Shown piece by piece: positions 52,201 through 62,240 of a DNA stretch of 64,000 bases. Source of the stretch: Octopus bimaculoides (Eukaryota). The DNA lies in contig NC_068982.1 of NCBI RefSeq assembly GCF_001194135.2, forward strand, positions 133,463,545 through 133,527,544, given 5' to 3'. Within the stretch, counting starts at the first letter, position 1; every line of letters begins with the position of its first letter. The notes below the pieces were generated by a model. That model saw only the letters and a program-made list of their open reading frames with translations. It was not told the DNA's origin and made no database searches. Both the position numbers and the translations under genes were made by a program.

Positions 52201-55200
52201 TCACGTGATGTCAAGACAAGGGTGTACACACACACAAGTGCACATGGCGGGCTTCTTTCAGTTTCCATCAACCATATCCACTTATTAGGCTTTGGTCAAC
52301 CTGAGGATATAGTAGAAGTCACTTGCCCAAGGTACCCTACAGTGGAACTGAACCTAATAACACATGGTTGGGAAGCAAGCTTCTTAACCATATAGCCATA
52401 CTCGCATCTATAGTGTATCTAAGACTACATTTATTCATTGTGTTGTTCTTTTATTTTAAACAGCAAGGTGTACCTTGAATAAGATATAGTTGCTCTCTTG
52501 TCTCATTACTTAGATGTTGGATATTAGCTGTGACAAACAGAAACCTCCTTCTCATAGATTTCATTTATGAAATCAGAACAAAACACTAACCTTTATAAGT
52601 ACCACAAGGGTCTGAAGACATTTAAATTACATTTGTATTTAACAATTAAACAATGCTAAAATATGAGTGAGTGAAAACTTAGATTTTTCAGTTTCAGATT
52701 ACAATAAAGAAAGGAAATAACAGCTTACCCAACAGTATGGGGTTTATGACGACAGAGATCAAGAATATCTGTACACACAAGCCTCAAGTTGTGTGTTGTC
52801 TTCATTTGTGCCCCTGTACAAAGACAGTAATAGAAACAGAGAGCATTAAAATCTTGCAACTGAAAAGATATATATCATATTTTTGTTTCAAAAATCATCA
52901 ATCCACCATTTTATCACACATCAAATTTATCACAAACGACCTCAATTCAATTTATCGCCTGAATCAAAACTTCAGAAAATATTTAACAATTCAAGCTCCA
53001 TTCATTTATATCACATCATAAAATCGTAAACAAATATGTTCCTATGTTTACATACTAATTTATCTAATTTTCTTAAATTTAGTCATTTGTTTTAACATTA
53101 CAAGAGTTGTTTCCCTTTAATATCTAGCCGTTTAATTCTGAGACGATTTAAGTATAAAATTCATATCTTTAAAGTTAATTTGATATTTGTTTTCTAATTC
53201 TAGGTCTGAATGAAATGTATCAGCAAATATATTTGCATCAAATCTAGTATGTTACAATCCCATGTCAATCTATACAGCGTTTAATACCATCACCTTGTCT
53301 ATGGGTGCCTTTAACGGAATCCACACAAGCATTCAGATCAGCTCTCTAGTGTGAGGATAACCTTCTCCTTTCCTCTCAAAAGTCTCAAAGGCCCAGTAGA
53401 GAGTCTCAGGCATTGTATAACCCACTGACTAAAAGATTAAAAAAAAACACTAAAAAAAAAATGAAATGAAAAATAGGAAGATATTTGAGAAGAAAATTAG
53501 TTTGCCTACCTAGGTGAATGGTGAAACTTTCTTCTAACCGAATTCGTGACCGTCCGATTCTTTCATCTTCTTCTGCTTCAGGCAGTGCTGAGGCAGTCAT
53601 GGCCCGCACACGACGACTAACAAAAGAAAAATGTAAACACTTACTTAGATTTTTTTCTTGTTTAATGCCAGCATAAATGAATTTAGATATGAATTTGTAT
53701 GTTTATAGAAATTTGTACATAAGACCTTGGCATGGGCACAATCAAATGATTGGTGCTACATAAAAGACTATGTGTATATATTTGACTCAGTTCATGGACT
53801 TCTTGTTTCTTTATCACATATCAAGTAAATTTATCACAAACAATCAGGATTTAATTAACGTCTGAATCAAAGCTTCAGAAAATATTTAACAATTCAAGCT
53901 CCATCCACTTATATCACATCATAAAATGAAATGGCAAATAAATACGATATGTTCCTATGTTTACATACTAATTAATTGAATATCTGTATCACCGATAATT
54001 TGGTCTCTCATATGCAAAGTGAGTAAGCACTCATCAAATGGACTCCCTAGTAACTAAATTTTATTTATCTTAAACATGCCAGCTACATTAAAACAATAAT
54101 TAGTATTAACACATTTAATGCAAGAATCATCAAAAAGCTAACAAGAAATAATTGTGCAATGAGGACAAAAGTCAAATGACTAATATTGTTATAATTACTA
54201 TATGAAGTACGGGGAACAACTCCAGACATATTTTGGTTTTATTACGACCCCCATCAGGTCTTCCTATGAACCCATCTGGTAAAATTATTAGTGACAGACA
54301 AAATGCTTTGTGTTAGTTACATTTTGAATCAAGATTTTACTCAATCAACTTTGCATTTCTTCATTTCAGAGTTTAAATAAAATCTTATCAGTCAAGTTCT
54401 GAAATTGAGGTATATCTGACTGTTACTTCTCACCAATTTTCTGGTCCCATGCCTATGTAAGAAATCTGAGTGGTAGGTGACAATAACTCTGAATTAGAAC
54501 TGACTTGGGTCATCTAACCTATGCTGGCATGGAGAATGGATGATGATGACAATGAAGGTGATGATAATGACGATGACAATTATTCTAGTTGCTGTTGTTA
54601 ATGGTAGTGGTGGTGATAATGGTGACACTTTGTCTGTAAGAACCAACACTCAGATATCAGACTTCATAGCCCATTCATTGTGCTTAATCTGTTACTGATG
54701 AGAAAATAAACCTGGTGCAGTCTCATTACAGTGGGCATCATGCAGAAAGCACACAAATCAAGAGTGGCATACAAGAATATAGTGGTGATCAAATATACAA
54801 GAAAAGTCCTTACACTGGATGGGGAGATCCTACAGTGGCTTGTGTGTCTTCATGAACCTTCATGACCCAGTTTCTGTATTCACGTTTCTGTGTTTCATGT
54901 CGATTAGATAGTTCACTAGCCCATTTACTGTTCACAACCTGTTTTAAATAGAAACAGATTAACATATGTATGTAGGTATATATCATCATCATCATCATCA
55001 TCCTAATTTAATATCTTTCATCAGTAATATAGATGTGTAGTCTCTATGAACGACAGTCAGAGATTTTGAAGTTTGGCATATACAGTGATATCATGTTCTG
55101 TTCATGAATTGAGGGTGTTATAAAATTGCTTCCTCGATACAGGGAATGATCGAGTATTTTGTAATGTTAAAAGCAGAACTGAATTTATAGGTACAGGGCA

Positions 55201-55424
55201 AAAAGAGCAATTACAACCCCCACCATCACCACCAGGACTCTTTGCCCCTAGCCCTCTTGCTTGAGGTAAGTTTGATGAATTTGAGGTATGCTTTATTACA
55301 ATTTTTAAAGCTATAGTGGAAGACACTTGCCCAAGGTGCTGTGCAGTGGAGCTGAACTTGGAACCATGTGGTTGGGAAGTAAGCTTCTTACCACATAGCC
55401 ATTCCAGCACCTAAGTCCTGTGGC

Positions 55425-55455
<31 letters not shown>

Positions 55456-55585
55456 NNNNNNNNNNNNNNNNNNNNNNNNNNNNNNNNNNNNNNNNNNNNN
55501 NNNNNNNNNNNNNNNNNNNNNNNNNNNNNNNNNNNNNNNNNNNNNNNNNNNNNNNNNNNNNNNNNNNNNNNNNNNNNNNNNNNNN

Positions 55586-55622
<37 letters not shown>

Positions 55623-58600
55623 GACAGACAGAGAAAAAGAGATAGTTCATATAGTTGTACTGCAATTAATTGTTAATCATGTACTCCACTCAAATAATCC
55701 TCAGCTTAGCTGAGCAATCCTCCCAGCCATTACTACACTTTTGGTCTGCATACCTCCAACTGTTTCACTGGTACCAAAATAATCCCTCCTTCTTGAAAAC
55801 ATACTTACACCATCCATATACCCTCCCCCATAGAAGTTTCCTTTCCTAAGCTCACACACAAAATATTGAATAATGATGTCCAGTAACTTCCTTAGGGAGT
55901 TATTCGGGCACTAATACTGAAAACATTGTCTGCAAGTAATAGTTTGAAAGGAAAATCAGCCCAGCTGACCCTATCTCTCTCCAAACTACTAGTTATTATC
56001 AGACCCATAAATGCAAGGTGCTCTTTCTTCTACGAAATCAGTGGTTCTCAACCAGGGTCCATATGGCCTCTGAGGGTCCATATAACATTTTTGAGGATCC
56101 ACAATATTTTAAGGGCTCCTGAAAAAATTTCGTTTTAGATGTATGTATTGGTGTGTATTGCGAGAAACAGCTAGGTTTCTTTCTCTGATGTTTTACATAG
56201 TTCAACTTACGTAAGTTAATGTGAGTAAAACAAAATATGAATCTTGAAAGCTGGTGGTCTGCCGGAATAAAACAGTAATCAAATGGGTCCATAGATATAA
56301 AAATGGTTGAGAACCCCTGTACTAAATAATTGAGTGTGTTTAGTTGAAGGAAGAGCCACTTGTCAGTCAGGTAGAATAAAGCAAGGAAGTTTATATTGAA
56401 TTTTATCTCTTTTATCTCTTACTTGCTTCAGTCATTAGACTGTGGCCATACTGGAGCACTGCCCTGAAGAATATTTTAGTCAATGAATTGAGCTCAGTAC
56501 TTACTTTTTTTAAAGATTGGTACTCATTCTATTGGTCTCTTTTGTTGAACCACTAAGTTATGGGGACTTAAACACACCAGTTGCCAAGCAGTGGTGGTGG
56601 ACAAACATACACACATATATATGTGATGGGCTTCTTTTAGTTTCCATCTGCCAAACCCACTTACAAGTAGTGTCATCTACTATAGCCTGAGGCTTTATAA
56701 AAAGATACTTGTCTACGGTACCATGCAATGGGACTAAACTTGGAACCATGTGGTTGGGAAGCAAACTTCTTACCACACAGCTACATAGTAATGTAAGTCA
56801 ACATAATATAAAGTGAAAGTGCGTAAACATTCTAACATTGTCAATATTTCCAAATCCAGTATTTCACATAGAATTTTTGGTCCTCCAAAGAAATCTTGGT
56901 GTACAAGTCAACCTACATTTTTTGGGTTATAAATTTTGATCTGAAAAATTTGACTTGTATGCCAAAAAAAATACAGTATACCTTGATCAATAGCTATATT
57001 AAAAGTTTCCACTTGTGGCTAAAAATTCAAACATAAAACTTTTAAAAGATACAGATAAGGAAATAATTTTATTCTCAAATGCAGGACAATGCTTATAATA
57101 TAGCATGAACAAAATATGGATAGTTTATCCGGTTCATGCATTATCCTGCGTTTGAGAATAAAATTATTTCCTTATCTGCATCTTTCAATACATCTCAATG
57201 CTTCTAAAGCAAACTTTGTTTGTTGACTTTCAACATAAGTTGAATTTAATAAAACTTTTAATTTTCAGTTTCCACCCACAAATTTAAACTGATCAAAAAA
57301 TGAGATTGATCATAACATTTTCTCCATGATCATGCATTACTTATCTTTTGAGATATAATAGTTTAATGGCTAGCATGCTGGCCATAATTGTTGTTGATCC
57401 TAAGATTAAACCTTACCGTACTTGCCTCAACAAGGAAATCATTAACAACTGCATCAACAAAGGGGTGGCTATGAGGTCTCTTTGCAATAAATATGAACTA
57501 AGTCCCTTTAAAATCACTCACTTGCCAGCCTGATAAAGTTACATCATCATCATCATCATCATCATCATTTAATGTCCACTTTCCATGCTAGCATGGGTTG
57601 GACGATTTGACTGAGGACTGGTGAACCAGATGGCTACACCAGGCTCCAATCTGATTTGGCAGAGTTTCTACAGCTGGATGCCCTTCCTAATGCCAACCAC
57701 TCCGAGGGTGTAGTGGGTGCTTTTACGTGCCACCGGTATGAAGGCCAGTCAGGCGGTACTGGCAACGGCCACACTCAAAATGGTGTATTTTACGTGCCAC
57801 CTGCACAAGAGCCAGTCCAGCGGCACTGGCAACGTTCTCGCTCAAAAGTCTTTACACGTGCCACGGGCACAAGTGTCAGAAAGGCGACGCTGGGCACAGG
57901 TGCCATCACGCTTTCACTTTCGCTTGCCCCAACAGGTCTTCGCAAGCCAAGTTTCGTGTCTAATGAAGGAGATGACGTTGGCATGGGTGCCAGTCGTCGA
58001 ATTTAGTTAAAAAAAAAAAACTACTAAACACACTTTGTCAAGATGGGATGTTTTTGATCATGTATAGATCTGCTTAATCAGGATTGATCTGGGGCTAAAC
58101 AACAACAACAAACATTAGCAGTGTCATATAGGGATCTTAAACAGGCCTAGTTCAAGATGAGTCCGTCTGAGAAACCTTATTCAATATGATCTCTTTTTTT
58201 AGTCAAAGTTGGACCTGATCAAAATATTCTAGCAATCTTATATTTTTTGCTAGGCATAGTGTAATGTTCTATGTTATAGTAGATAGTAACAAGAATATAC
58301 ATTAAGAATCTAGACATAGCTAATTGTTACTAATATTGGGGGGGGGGAAAGACAAACAAAAAAGTTAAGATACAAAAAACCCAAAAAACTTTAACTTCAC
58401 ACCTGTGTTTGCTCAAAATGATGTTGTGCAATTTGGTTTATTTGTTCATCAGAGTATACCGTTCCGGCTTTCTGAAGAGCATCTTCCATTTCTTTTTGCT
58501 GTCTGTGAGAAAACAATATTAAAAAAAAAAATCATATAAAATATCTTATTCTTTATACATGTTCTTTGAAATGCAGCCAAACTGGAGAACTGCCTTGAAG

Positions 58601-60482
58601 GGTTTAGTTGACCAAATTGATCCCAGTATTTATTTTAAGTCTAGTATTAATTCTATTAGACACTTTTTGCTGAATTACTAAGTTTTGGGAATGTAAACAA
58701 ACTAAAACTGATTGTCAAGTGGTGAGAGATGAACACAAAGACACACACCCATCAACACACACACACACACACACACTCATCAACACACACACAATGGGCT
58801 TCCACACATTTTCCATCTATCAAATTCACACATATGACATTGGTTAGCCTGGGGCTGTTGTAAAGAACATCTAATGAAGTACCACACAGTGAGACTGAAC
58901 TCCAAACCAAGTGGTTAAGAAACAAATTTCTTAACCACACAGCCATCCATGCACCTATTAACAGATTACTTATTAACATCAAGCTGGAGAAGAATCAAAG
59001 ATTGATTTTCATATCATTTGAATACAGAACTATCACATATTAAATCTCAGCTTTTGGTCTTCAGAGACAAATTAAAATTCAGTTAAATCTTGAACTATGA
59101 TATTTAGCTTTTGTCTCCCTATGTTGATAAACAACTTTGCCTTTTTCCTTCTGTTAATATCAATACCATAAATATCAATGATGTATTGGGGGTCAGTTCA
59201 CTTGACTATTATACGTCTTCACTATAAATTGGTCACCTTATACTAATATAAGAAATCAATATTAAAACAAGTGAACTCTGAGATAAAACACGACAAAAAC
59301 TCAAACAGCTTGACCTAAATATTTAGTCTTCTCTTATATCTTCATTGAGCTTATGCACACATTGAAACATGTGTGTGCAGTTACATGCATACATGTATGA
59401 ATGTAAGACTGCTAAGGTATTTAAGGGGGATCAGAAAATATAATGATCGAAATATGTAAGCATAAAAAGAAAAAAACATGAAATATAAGATTAATAGTTT
59501 TCAGTTACTCTTTAATAATCAACTAAAGAAATATAATTAATATTATTCAGTGACTGCAGTTCATCTTTAATGATTTACTTGTTTTCTTCTAGTCTCTAAG
59601 AACTTTTGATACTGCGTCCTATGAAATTCTGCCAGTGAGAGAGATTATGTCCCTTAGCTAACAGGATTTATCTGATATCTTGAGATTATTATCAAATATC
59701 ACTGTCTCTAGAAAGGATTTGTTAGTAAAACTTAGAATTCTAAGAACAGTTTTTTTTTTTCCACTTGCTGGATCTGGAAGTACCAATGATATTTGCAGGC
59801 TTTCTTAGACTAGTGAGATTGATAGCATTAATGTTTCTTTGTAAGTTAACACCTATGAGGAGGGCATGAGTAGGGACAGAATTCCAGGAGGGAAGGACTG
59901 AACTGAGTCATGAGTGTGGGACCAATAAGTTTGGACACAAGAAGGGTGAGGATAAGAGGAAAGACAAGTGTGTCAGGAACACTTGAGTAGAGATGGCATG
60001 GAGTCTGTCAGTCCGAGCAGCAAAAGCCATTATAGTAGCAAGAGAAGAGAAAGAAGAGACAAAACACCTATGGGTCAGAGGCTGGAGTGTATTTGTGAGT
60101 AAATCTATGCCAATCAGTCAGGTGGGCCTTTTCTGGATGTTGTCATAATGTCATTCATCGTAATGATTTCAGAAGCACAAGGATACATGGTTTGGTGGAG
60201 GGGTACCATCAAGTTAATTGATGATGCCCCACCCCTCATATTTGACTCAGGTTAGTATTTATTATATTGACTCTGGAAGAATGAAAGGTATGTTACATAG
60301 TTAGATGTTGTAATACTGGCTAAATAAAGTCACATGATCAAACTTTCCAACCTTGCTATAGCGAATGGTTTGTCTTCAATCTAAATACATTTCTATATTT
60401 ACTTCAGTCTATTTTTCTGGAAAAAGTAGATAATTTTTTTCAGTTCCTAACTTGATTAAAAATTTGAAAATTGGCCAAAAGC

Positions 60483-60536
<54 letters not shown>

Positions 60537-61177
60537 TATATATACTATGTCATTTTACTATCTTTATCTTATGATATTTACTTTGTTTTATATTATACTC
60601 ATTTATTGTACTTTTAATTATTAATTTTTCTANNNNNNNNNNNNNNNNNNNNNNNNNNNNNNNNNNNNNNNNNNNNNNNNNNNNNNNNNNNNNNNNNNNN
60701 NNNNNNNNNNNNNNNNNNNNNNNNNNNNNNNNNNNNNNNNNNNNNNNNNNNNNNNNNNNNNNNNNNNNNNNNNNNNNNNNNNNNNNNNNNNNNNNNNNNN
60801 NNNNNNNNNNNNNNNNNNNNNNNNNNNNNNNNNNNNNNNNNNNNNNNNNNNNNNNNNNNNNNNNNNNNNNNNNNNNNNNNNNNNNNNNNNNNNNNNNNNN
60901 NNNNNNNNNNNNNNNNNNNNNNNNNNNNNNNNNNNNNNNNNNNNNNNNNNNNNNNNNNNNNNNNNNNNNNNNNNNNNNNNNNNNNNNNNNNNNNNNNNNN
61001 NNNNNNNNNNNNNNNNNNNNNNNNNNNNNNNNNNNNNNNNNNNNNNNNNNNNNNNNNNNNNNNNNNNNNNNNNNNNNNNNNNNNNNNNNNNNNNNNNNNN
61101 NNNNNNNNNNNNNNNNNNNNNNNNNNNNNNNNNNNNNNNNNNNNNNNNNNNNNNNNNNNNNNNNNNNNNNNNNNNNN

Positions 61178-61223
<46 letters not shown>

Positions 61224-61899
61224 AATTTAAGCAAGTAGAAAATGGAGAAAACTTTTGATCAACAAACAAATTGACCAACATTGGTTAATTATTTTTTGAT
61301 ACAAAACATAACACTAAGTAACATTTCTTACAGCTGTTTCGGCTGCTAGCGTCAGTCAGTGCTTACAAAGAAAATTCCAAAAATAATATTCGCCATCTTT
61401 ATAGCACATTTGATCTAGTACATGGAGCTTCATCAGAGTGAATACAAATAAATAAAATAAAATAAATGAAGGGAAGAGGAAAGAACAGGGCCTCGAGATG
61501 AGGCCAGAAAGCTCAATATATTAGAATCATACCATTTTGCAGAGTGAAGCTTGAAGTCGATAGGCAAAAAAGTGAACTAGCAAATGAGCTAAAGAAATGA
61601 TTTATGGGTTATCTCTTTATGTAGGGATTCCAGGGTGTATAAGTAGTAGTAGAATAAAACTAGTGCTAAAGTAAAATAGGAATCACCAATGTCTAGAAAA
61701 AGAATAGTAATTACGATTTTCTGCTAATTTAAATTTGATTCTTGATAAACTTTTGTTTATTCAGTTATTACCTGTACCCTATGAGCATAGTGTGCATGTA
61801 TACCCATGCCCAGGGATAACACAGGTAAATGATAACGGTAGTATGAATGGATATTCTTATCCCTTAGACGGTTATTCCAACCGCTAACTCTGCTTATCT

Positions 61900-61942
<43 letters not shown>

Positions 61943-62240
61943 CAACTTTTATAAACATAATGATAGTAGTACTCTTAATACAGATGTAATGATGGTGATA
62001 GTGGTGGTGAAATTACAAATAAAAAATGCAAGCAATCAATCAAGAATAGTAAAAATACTTGTTCTCTAAGTGTGCGATATCCTCATCACGATTTTGAGTG
62101 ATATTTTCAATGTCCATAGCATACGAATGTTCCAAGTTTAAAAGAGTCTCTAGAGCAGGAGAATGGATCAAGGTGTGATAGACTTCAGAGAAAACTTGTT
62201 CATTTGTGACTTCTTCTGGTTTAGCAAATTCTTTTACTTC
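28623..62240 (-). CDS. C12orf4: C12orf4 / FERRY complex subunit 3 orthologue (DUF2362), 5'-partial, 10 coding exons
   Basis: Minus-strand exons 62240-62059, 58502-58403, 54938-54814, 53616-53510, 52813-52729, 42107-41986, 36388-36204, 34416-34189, 32348-32223 and 28712-28623 total 1350 nt (449 aa + TAA) with matching intron phases. Motifs match recalled human C12orf4 ([74 protein letters not shown]). About 100 N-terminal aa were not found in the window. Confidence 0.95.
29040..30278 (+). mobile_element. Degenerate mariner transposon interrupted by an RTE-tail fragment (~29569-29705)
   Basis: TA-flanked TIRs (ttgagttggtcaaaaagtc / gactttttggccaacccaa). Decayed transposase motifs WAPHQL, MVTGDE, HHNNARP. 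Confidence 0.85.
31165..31452 (+). mobile_element. hAT (Charlie-like) MITE
   Basis: TIRs caggggttctcaac / gttgagaacaactg; perfect 8-bp TSD GTTTAGAT (31157-31164 and 31453-31460). Confidence 0.88.
31861..32060 (+). mobile_element. RTE-tail repeat (family A)
   Basis: Same tail ending gacgttgaatgatgatgatg. Confidence 0.8.
32223..32348 (-). CDS. C12orf4: C12orf4/FERRY3 exon
   Basis: gttgcag|GAA...CCG|gtaagt; [42 protein letters not shown]. Confidence 0.96.
33540..33755. repeat. Degenerate palindromic element / MITE
   Basis: gattttctatggaatt / aattctatagaaaatc; inner aagatagaaaa / ttttctatctt. Confidence 0.65.
34189..34416 (-). CDS. C12orf4: C12orf4/FERRY3 exon
   Basis: tttccag|GAT...GAA|gtaagt; [32 protein letters not shown]...[28 protein letters not shown]. 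Confidence 0.96.
35706..35930 (+). mobile_element. tRNA-derived SINE family B, embedded in an (ATT)n tract; related copies at ~7820-8030, 15670-15800, 34900-35090, 35320-35660, 35955-36130, 43510-43660(-), 46070-46240
   Basis: aaggtggcaagctggcagaa head, gagttcaaattc B-box, gactttgcttttcatccttttggggg..taaaataagtaccag central domain. Confidence 0.75.
36204..36388 (-). CDS. C12orf4: C12orf4/FERRY3 exon
   Basis: tacttag|AA TTT...CAG|gtaata; [26 protein letters not shown]...SNSDGQ. Confidence 0.93.
36812..37397 (-). mobile_element. RTE LINE 3' end including ORF2 C-terminus
   Basis: [17 protein letters not shown]...[14 protein letters not shown] (RTE-type RWxGHV and GRPxxTW), followed by the family A tail. 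Confidence 0.85.
37414..38458 (+). mobile_element. 5'-truncated HERO-like non-LTR retrotransposon (restriction-like endonuclease domain plus 3' UTR)
   Basis: Open frame from the (TA)n to the gap: WELATDLG...[10 protein letters not shown]...[10 protein letters not shown]...[13 protein letters not shown]....AVGA, the PD-(D/E)xK RLE signature of HERO/NeSL/R2-type elements. GC-rich 3' UTR after the gap. Confidence 0.85.
38520..39040 (-). mobile_element. tRNA/CORE SINE with RTE-derived tail (approximate)
   Basis: catcatcatcataacatccacttttctatgc tail; (TA)n linker; tgcccaaggcaccatg core. Confidence 0.7.
39389..39810. repeat. Nested inverted repeats interleaved with (TA)n/(CA)n
   Basis: Three arm pairs: ~39403-39430 / 39770-39797, 39545-39571 / 39726-39752, 39600-39630 / 39689-39719. 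Confidence 0.9.
40325..40655 (-). mobile_element. RTE-tail repeat (family A)
   Basis: tttaacatccgctttccatgctagcatggg...gatgcccttcctaacaccaaccactcc. Confidence 0.85.
41676..41952 (+). mobile_element. Young RTE-tail repeat (family A)
   Basis: CpG-rich, ends (GAT)n; 3' ~150 nt identical to 63303-63451. Confidence 0.88.
41986..42107 (-). CDS. C12orf4: C12orf4/FERRY3 exon
   Basis: ctttcag|T GGT...CGA G|gtatgt; [40 protein letters not shown]. Confidence 0.95.
42206..42425. mobile_element. piggyBac-like MITE (TTAA-CCC ends); a second similar element follows at ~42460-42681
   Basis: ttgactctttatcattt ... aaatgtaaagggttaa imperfect TIRs. Confidence 0.5.
42830..43270 (+). mobile_element. Degenerate RTE/L2-like LINE ORF2 tail
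   Basis: [22 protein letters not shown]...; purine-rich decayed LINE C-terminus. Confidence 0.55.
43673..44621 (-). mobile_element. Internally deleted Mutator/MULE element with transposase remnant
   Basis: Minus-strand peptide pieces [10 protein letters not shown]...GCFFHFSQ...MIAALAFVP, then frameshifted [12 protein letters not shown] and LRGIAYN. Ends carry inverted ggacaattacccc repeats; the right end runs into an N-gap. Confidence 0.88.
50089..50636. mobile_element. 548-bp palindromic MITE, probably Merlin superfamily, inserted in a SINE
   Basis: 37-bp TIRs starting GGATCT (2 mismatches); 8-bp TSD GAAGATAC duplicated from the SINE motif agtagaagatacttgcccaagg; internal 20-bp perfect inverted repeat and central telomeric palindrome. 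Confidence 0.85.
50985..51380 (+). mobile_element. RTE-like LINE RT-start fragment interrupted by a SINE
   Basis: [17 protein letters not shown]...[14 protein letters not shown]; a SINE insertion at 51121-51250 splits it. Confidence 0.7.
51121..51250 (+). mobile_element. 5'-truncated SINE with 14-bp TSD
   Basis: cctttcatcctttcggggtcgattaaataagtacc core; TSD AGAAATAAAGTATG at 51107-51120 and 51251-51264. Confidence 0.85.
51629..51827. repeat. Degenerate fold-back element / MITE
   Basis: acaattatcaagcctacaacatggaacat / atgttccatgtggtaggcttgacaattgt; outer atgagttaag / cttaacccat. Confidence 0.75.
52003..52400 (-). mobile_element. Near full-length tRNA/CORE SINE with RTE-derived tail
   Basis: Tail tcatttaatgttcacttttccatgc; (CA)n linker; acttgcccaaggtacc core; head revcomp tatggctatatggttaagaagcttgcttcccaaccatgtg. 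Confidence 0.75.
52729..52813 (-). CDS. C12orf4: C12orf4/FERRY3 exon
   Basis: tgtacag|GG GCA...GTT GG|gtaagc; (G)[27 protein letters not shown]. Confidence 0.93.
52910..53973. repeat. Pair of ~150-160 bp direct repeats (52910-53060 and 53810-53973)
   Basis: Shared exact blocks of 32 nt (cttcagaaaatatttaacaattcaagctccat), 19 nt and 27 nt. Confidence 0.9.
53510..53616 (-). CDS. C12orf4: C12orf4/FERRY3 exon
   Basis: ttgttag|T CGT...CTA G|gtaggc; [35 protein letters not shown]. Confidence 0.92.
54814..54938 (-). CDS. C12orf4: C12orf4/FERRY3 exon
   Basis: aaaacag|GTT...CCA GT|gtaagg; [41 protein letters not shown]. Confidence 0.92.
56039..56319 (-). mobile_element. hAT MITE, same family as 31165-31452, opposite orientation
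   Basis: TIRs cagtggttctcaacc / ggttgagaacccctg; TSD tacgaaat/tactaaat (7 of 8). Confidence 0.85.
56415..56785 (-). mobile_element. tRNA/CORE SINE with tail D
   Basis: tttcagtcattagactgtggccatactggagcac tail; head ...ccatgtggttgggaagcaaacttcttaccacacagc. Confidence 0.75.
57045..57185. repeat. 48-bp inverted repeat (3 mismatches) with inner stems
   Basis: 57045-57092 vs 57138-57185. Confidence 0.9.
57543..58003 (-). mobile_element. RTE-tail repeat (family A), longer copy
   Basis: (CAT)n then ttaatgtccactttccatgctagcatggg... Confidence 0.85.
58403..58502 (-). CDS. C12orf4: C12orf4/FERRY3 exon
   Basis: ctcacag|A CAG...CAG|gtgtga; [33 protein letters not shown]. Confidence 0.92.
58560..58950 (-). 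mobile_element. tRNA/CORE SINE with tail D and (CA)n linker
   Basis: Same modules as 56415-56785. Confidence 0.7.
62059..62240 (-). CDS. C12orf4: C12orf4/FERRY3 exon
   Basis: atttcag|GAA...AAC AA|gtattt; [60 protein letters not shown]. Confidence 0.93.

Noticed and set aside
58150-58180. aagatgagtccgtctgagaaacc resembling a Schistosoma-type hammerhead
   Set aside because: Both core strands are defective and there are no stems I/III; expected by chance.
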